The notes beneath the pieces are model-generated. The model worked only from the letters and a program-made list of their open reading frames with translations. It did not search any database and was not told the DNA's origin. Below are positions 55,001-61,000 of a stretch of 64,000 bases of DNA, in pieces. Each line of letters starts with the position of its first letter. Within the stretch, counting starts at the first letter, position 1. Origin of the DNA: Candidatus Omnitrophota bacterium (GTDB lineage Bacteria > Omnitrophota > Gorgyraeia > Zapsychrales > JAKLDJ01); contig JAKLDJ010000001.1 in NCBI GenBank assembly GCA_022703585.1, positions 310,891-374,890 of the forward strand, in the 5' to 3' direction. The position numbers and the translations under genes are program-made.

Positions 55001-58000
55001 GAAATGGGCCTGGCCGCGGGTAATCAATGAATCCGTGGCCTTGTCTTTGGTTGTGCTGGCAGAGGTCAAGTTAACCCAGTCGCGGGTGGTCGTCGTAGAA
55101 ACAACGCCGTTATCGCGCAATACTTCATCGCCGGTATGAAGATCATAGGTAACCGCCGCGGCAACACCGCGATTGTCGATTGTGTCTTCCGTCGTCACTT
55201 CCCGGCCGTTGAAGTCTTGTTTGCGGATAAATCCGTTTTCATCCAGGCGGGTGAACCCTTCCTGGACTAACTCGCCGTGGGTCTTGATTCTTCTGGCCGG
55301 TGTGGTGCCGATCCAATAGCCGTAACGGGTCTCGGCGCCGTTGCCTTCATGGAGATAAACCGGCGCGCCGTACAGATCCCTATACATAAGGTTGGACATG
55401 ACCGCTTGGGTGTCGCCATAATTCATCGTCACCGCGTCTTCGAAGCTACGAACCTTGTTACCAGTCATGTCAACAGCTTCCACGATAGCCGGAACACCGG
55501 CATTGTTGGTGCGGCTGCCGAGCTCTACTTTACTGCCTAACGTCTTAACATAATCAAACGCGTAAGGGCCGTAGAAGTTGGAAACAATTTCGCCGGTGGC
55601 AAGTTTATGGGTTTCGGGATAGACGGTAGTTTCACCACTGACCGGATCAATTGCTGATGTGGCCGCACCGTTATTGAGATCGATCTTGACATTGAGTGTC
55701 GTTTCGGCAACTCTCCTGGCGCTCATACGGCCCTGTTCATCGATAACCGGCTGACCGGCCTCGGTGGTATCGGCATAGGTCCAGGTGATGTAACCGGTGG
55801 ACGGCTGCAGCTCGCGGCTGACCAAAGCGACATCGTCGTAGAACTTCAGGTTGTCGACAACATTGCCGTTAGCGAGAACTGTCCTCAGTTTTCTATCCGG
55901 GAAATTGGCATCGATGTAATCGGTCCAGCTGCGGCCGGCCTGGTCGCCTAAATATTCGGTTGATTTGGATTCGAACAAACCGTTGGTCAATACCGGCACG
56001 CGCCAGCTGCTGGCATCCGCGGTTAAATCACTTTCATAGCGGTAGGGCACGGCAACGCCTTTAACCAGGGCGCTTTCCTGATAGGCCGCATGACGGGCGA
56101 CACGGCCTAAGAAATCGCTAAAGACCGCCCTGGCGCCGGTGGTTTCGTTAACCGATTCGAGCGTGGCGCCAAAATTCTTAGGCGACACCACAATATCAAA
56201 ACGCCCGGTCGCTTTGGTCACAGTCGCTAATTGATTCATATTCGCGTCATACACCGGTGAATAAATTCCGGGAGCGACTTCTTTGGTCTGCAATCGGGTC
56301 GTTCTCTGAGCGCCGTCGGCGCCGGTAGTAATGCCTTCAATATTAAACATACCGAAAGCGTTGGGCGCCTGTTGGCCGTTATCGGCAGTAAAGAATTCGG
56401 GATATTCGGTTCTGGCACCGGTTAAAAGATTCTCGACGTAATTAACTTTACCGAAGGCACTGTTGATATCCACAACTTGCAATTCGCGAGACATAACCTG
56501 ATTGCCCAAATACCAGGTCACATCCTGGCGCAATTCACCGCTACGCGGTTTGCTGTCCGGACGAGTCACCATTTCCACCAAGCGGATGGTTTCGTTGGTA
56601 TCTTTCCTGACCAAGTAGACAGTGGTGCTGCTGGGAATCACGTTGTACTGCGAGGCCAAGGTCAGGCCGTATTGTTCAACTTTAATCCAGTTCAGGCTGC
56701 CGTTATACTCGGGTTTTTCGTAAAGGTAAAAACCGTTCTCAAGCTCGGTAATACCGCCTAAGTAGGCGCCGGTTTCTTTAGCGTAAACACGGTGCTGAAT
56801 CATAACCGGTTTGCCCCCAGTCACGCCAAAGCCATCCGCCTTAGCCCCGTCAAGGATGGTAAAGTCAACGTAGACTTTGCTCAAATCTTCGCTTAAGCCC
56901 TTGGTAATAATCTCGGCTAAGGCAACATCAGGGGCATTAGCTAACCGGACATAACCGCCGTCAAAGATCTCCAGTCCGTTAACCAAAGGTTCATAGCGGC
57001 CGAAGCGCCCGGTGGTCCAGCGGACGATTTCTTCGTTGCCGATTCTTTCCGGTGTTAAGAAGGATTTGGCATTAACCACCGCTAAGCCGAAATCTTCGAA
57101 ATTGGCATTAGCGTTATACGGATGGCCGACGAGTTCGGGTAACCGCAGCTTCATATCCGGGGCTAGCCTCAAGCTTTCGACAAAAGACGGCAGGTCAGGA
57201 TTGGCATTAATCAGATTGAGCCAGAAGGGAATGCCCTGGGTGGGGCTGGTTCTATCACCGGTAAGGTTGCCGATGCCGCGACCTTGGGTTAAGAAATCCA
57301 ATATCCGTTCGTTGCCGGGCGTCCTTAACAAATCGAAGAGTTCAGCGACCTTTTCCAAAGTGGCCATGAGTTCCTGTGGGCTGTCCATTTTTCTCATCAA
57401 TTCAAATTTGTAATCGGCAGTAAGATATTCTTTTAGGCCGGGCTTAAGAGAATTGTAAATAAGATCCGATAAGACCTGAGTATACGAGTTTTCGTCCCTG
57501 TCATTACCGGCGATAATAGCCGAAGTCTCCCCTAAATGCTCGACTCGGACATTGCGTATTTGCGCCATATCGGCAATGGCCTGGACCAGTCTCGGGTTAG
57601 AAACAATCTCGTTCCAGGTCTGGTTAAATCTGATCTCATCGCTAGCGGAGAGAGTGCTGAGCAGCTGTTTCTGCCATCCGGTATTAATATTGAAGGTATA
57701 ACCGCCGCCGCCGAAGGCAAAGTCAATTAACCTCTGGTAGAACGGGCCGGCATCATCGGGCAGCGTGTAGTTATACAGATGAAGGATGGTTTCGCCGTGA
57801 TCTCTGCGTATCTCGTTTAATTTCCTGACCGAGCCCATAATGCTTAATTTTCCGTCCGGGCTCGGGTCGCCATCGAAGGTCTGATCCGGAGGAATAAGCT
57901 TGGAGACGATGGTGTGGCTGTTGGTGCCCGTGAATTTTATGAATTCCCGGGTAATCACGGCGCGGTGGCCGCTGGGGAGCTTCGCGGCGCGGACATGGCT

Positions 58001-61000
58001 GTCAATGGTGGACCGGAAAATATCAACAACCCGTTCTCCGTGATAATCATTGAGGTCGGGCGTCAGCGTAAAGCCGTTCTCGGTAGAATTATTGAGTATG
58101 TCAAAGAAGATGGTGCCGCGTAATTCCGCATCCGGGAATAAATTGTTAAACAAGGTCGCTGCCGCCTGGCCCGGACGGGTAAGGTCCTGGACAAAGGTCC
58201 GGTAATTCTTCAAATCAACTTTAAGGTCGTTGACGTCATAGAGCTTGTTGTGGATCGGGACTTTATGCTTGGCGATGAATGCTCCTAAGAATATGCTCCA
58301 GCCATAAACCCAGGCCTCCTGCCGTTCGTCGAGAGCCATAAATCCTTCTTCAGCCTGCAAGGCAAATCGCAGCCAGCCATTATTCTCGTAGACGTAACGG
58401 TTAGCGCCTTCATTGACAGGGGCAATCTCTATTTCTCCATATTTGAATTTAAGATCCTCAAAGGCTTCCGGATCGGTAACGATGGCATGGAAATGCTCAA
58501 AGGTAGTTACGATGCTGGACATACGGGTAAAGATCAACGGCAAACTCTTTTCGATGATATCGGGATACATAGGATTCGGAGCCCACCAGCCATACTCCCT
58601 GCCGTCGTGCTTGAGCAATTGTTCCGTCTGGATAGCCCATTTTTCGAAGCCCTTAAACTGGTCAATCGGCGCCGGGTTATCGCTGTCAAGAATTTGAGCC
58701 CAGGCACCGCGCAGCGACGGGAATAAGGTTAAGATCATTTCTCTCTGCGCCGGTGAAAGGCGAAGGACCAGGTCATAGCGGTTGGAGGCTGAGGTATATT
58801 CGTGCAGAATATTTTCAAATTCCCGGCCTTGGCTTAACGGCGCGCCGGGGATATGAATACCGGGCCGGTTATGGGCGGCAAAATCAGCGTCATAGTCGGC
58901 ATTATCACTGCCGTCCGGATTCTTAGGGTTCCATAAGCCGATTCCCGGATCAAAATACGAGAAGAGGATTGACCCGGCACGGGTATTGCCGTAGAGGAAG
59001 TCGGTATCGATTCTTCCTGCCCTATCATAAAAATAGGCTGTCGGTAAACGATGTAGTGCGGCAATCGCGTGACGCAAACCATCCTGCTGGTCGGCCTTCA
59101 TAAGAGTAAAGATCGTGCTGTTATCCCTTAAAAACAGCCGGGTCGCGGCTTGGGCCGCTTCTATCTGGGCGTCCTCACCCGGGCCGGCCGGCTGGACGTA
59201 CCAGGCCAAGGGGTTTCCGTCTTCATCAGTCTGGATATGCGCGGCATCAGCGTAGACTTTATTCCAGACCGGCTGGATATACTCGCCGGTATAGGGGTCT
59301 CTCAAGAATTTGCCGCCGTTATCGCGGTCATCGTTATCGGCATCATACATGTTCAGGTAATCAATTTGATACTGGGTCGGGTTTTCGGTATCATCGGCCA
59401 AGAGGATTGCGACCTTGGCGGCATCAACAGCTGCGGACTTCGCAAACCCAAATTTTTCTGCCGCGACCGCCAGAGGAGAATAACCTTCCTGCCTTTGCTG
59501 TCTCATGGAAGCAATACTGGCGCGCCCTTCGCGGATGGCCTTGGTAAGGCCGGCCAGGTTATGATACCATTCATCAACCGTTCTAAAGGCCTTGTCTCTG
59601 CCTATCAGCCCCATAGCAACCTCTGTCAAGGCCTCCCCGCCAACTACGGCGAGATTCGGATTGAGTTCACGGATACGGCTGACCTCTGCCTCATCTTCCG
59701 GTGTAGCCAGCGTCGGAAATACGCCGGCAGCCTTGGCAACAGAACCTTGGTCCGGGATTAAGCTCCTTAAAACTTCCGGCATATAGGAAGTAGCGTCTTG
59801 CCGTGCGGGCGTACTGGATAAATCCTGTAAATTCGAGTTTTGCGCGTTGCGGTCAGAGGCTGATTGTTCCGGCGCGCCAAACAGGCTCCTGATGTCGCCG
59901 TAGAAATTGTAGGCCGCACTAATCCGGAGATGGCCCCCATCTTCCGGAAGTTGAGATACATCCAGTTGCAACTTTTTATAATCAAACCCGACTTGCCAAC
60001 CAGCTTTACCATCGTTAGGCTGGACCACCTCACCGCTAATTTTAACCGGGCCGTTGGTGTAGGCACCGTTAAAATACTGCGCCCCCGACAAACCTTGTGA
60101 ATAACCGGCGGTAAAATCGTGGAATTGCACATTGGCGCCCTGGTTGATGATTTCTCCGTCTTTGCCGTTGGCGCTAAGGGTTACATTAAATCTCTGGCCG
60201 AGGATGAGTTTTGCTCTCGCCTCAAACCGGTCCTGTGCGTCCTGGCTAAAACGCAGATTCGGATGAAGAGGAAGCGTGCCGAGTTGCGTATCCAGAGAAA
60301 GCCGCTGAAATTCAGTCCCGATATTATCAACTCTTCCGATAATCCTGTCTACAGAGCTGGCGGCGACCGTGATGGTAGCGTTAGAGACATAAGAAACAAC
60401 ATTATCCATATTGCTGTTATACGCCGGACGATTGTAGCGGGTTACGTCAAATGTCGACGAAAGAATATCCCGGTTGTGTTCACCGGTAAGCCAACGGGAA
60501 CGTAAGGCAGCCCTGAGATCAAACTTGAGCAGGTCATCGGTATCGGCCGGGGTCCGGTTAATATTGAGGTCTAACCGCTGACGGCCCCCGAATAAACCGA
60601 CGCCTTTACCAAGGCTATAACCGTAACGGGCCTCATCACCGTTAAATAAATTCTCCGCCCTGGCGCTGAATAATCCGTTACGATAGGTGGCATCCCCGCG
60701 CCAGGGATGTTCTTTATCTTGCGGATTAAGAAAAGCGTAAAAGTCAAAATTATCACCAGAGCGCATACCGAGTCCGTAGGTACCGAAATACTTTTCGTAA
60801 GAACCGACGATCTCCTCTTCAGGAACCATATTTAATATTCCGTTGAGGTTATAGTAGGTTTCCAGTTTTCCGCTGAGAGTGACCGTACCGTTGTCATTAA
60901 CATGAACGTAATCCGGCGTGAAAAGTACATTGACCTGGTTAGTAAGGTGCTCATTCATCAGCAGCCATCTAACGTCAAACTGTTCGTAATTTCTATTGGC

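Noticed and set aside
59099-59131. A possible gene boundary (a stop in one frame at 59129-59131, then an ATG in another at 59099-59101)
   Set aside because: This was an artefact of my own mis-indexing one line of sequence by one base. After re-indexing against the track's 59150..59761 ORF, the coding frame is continuous across 59100-59820 (...GEDAQIEAAQAATRLFLRDNSTIFTLMKADQQ...) with no stop.
34-60756. All 33 minus-strand ORFs in the supplied track
   Set aside because: Every one lies in the same non-coding frame (end coordinates all divisible by 3), offset by one base from the real reading frame. They are short and chimeric-looking. For example, 58834..59082 overlaps sequence that reads cleanly in the other frame.
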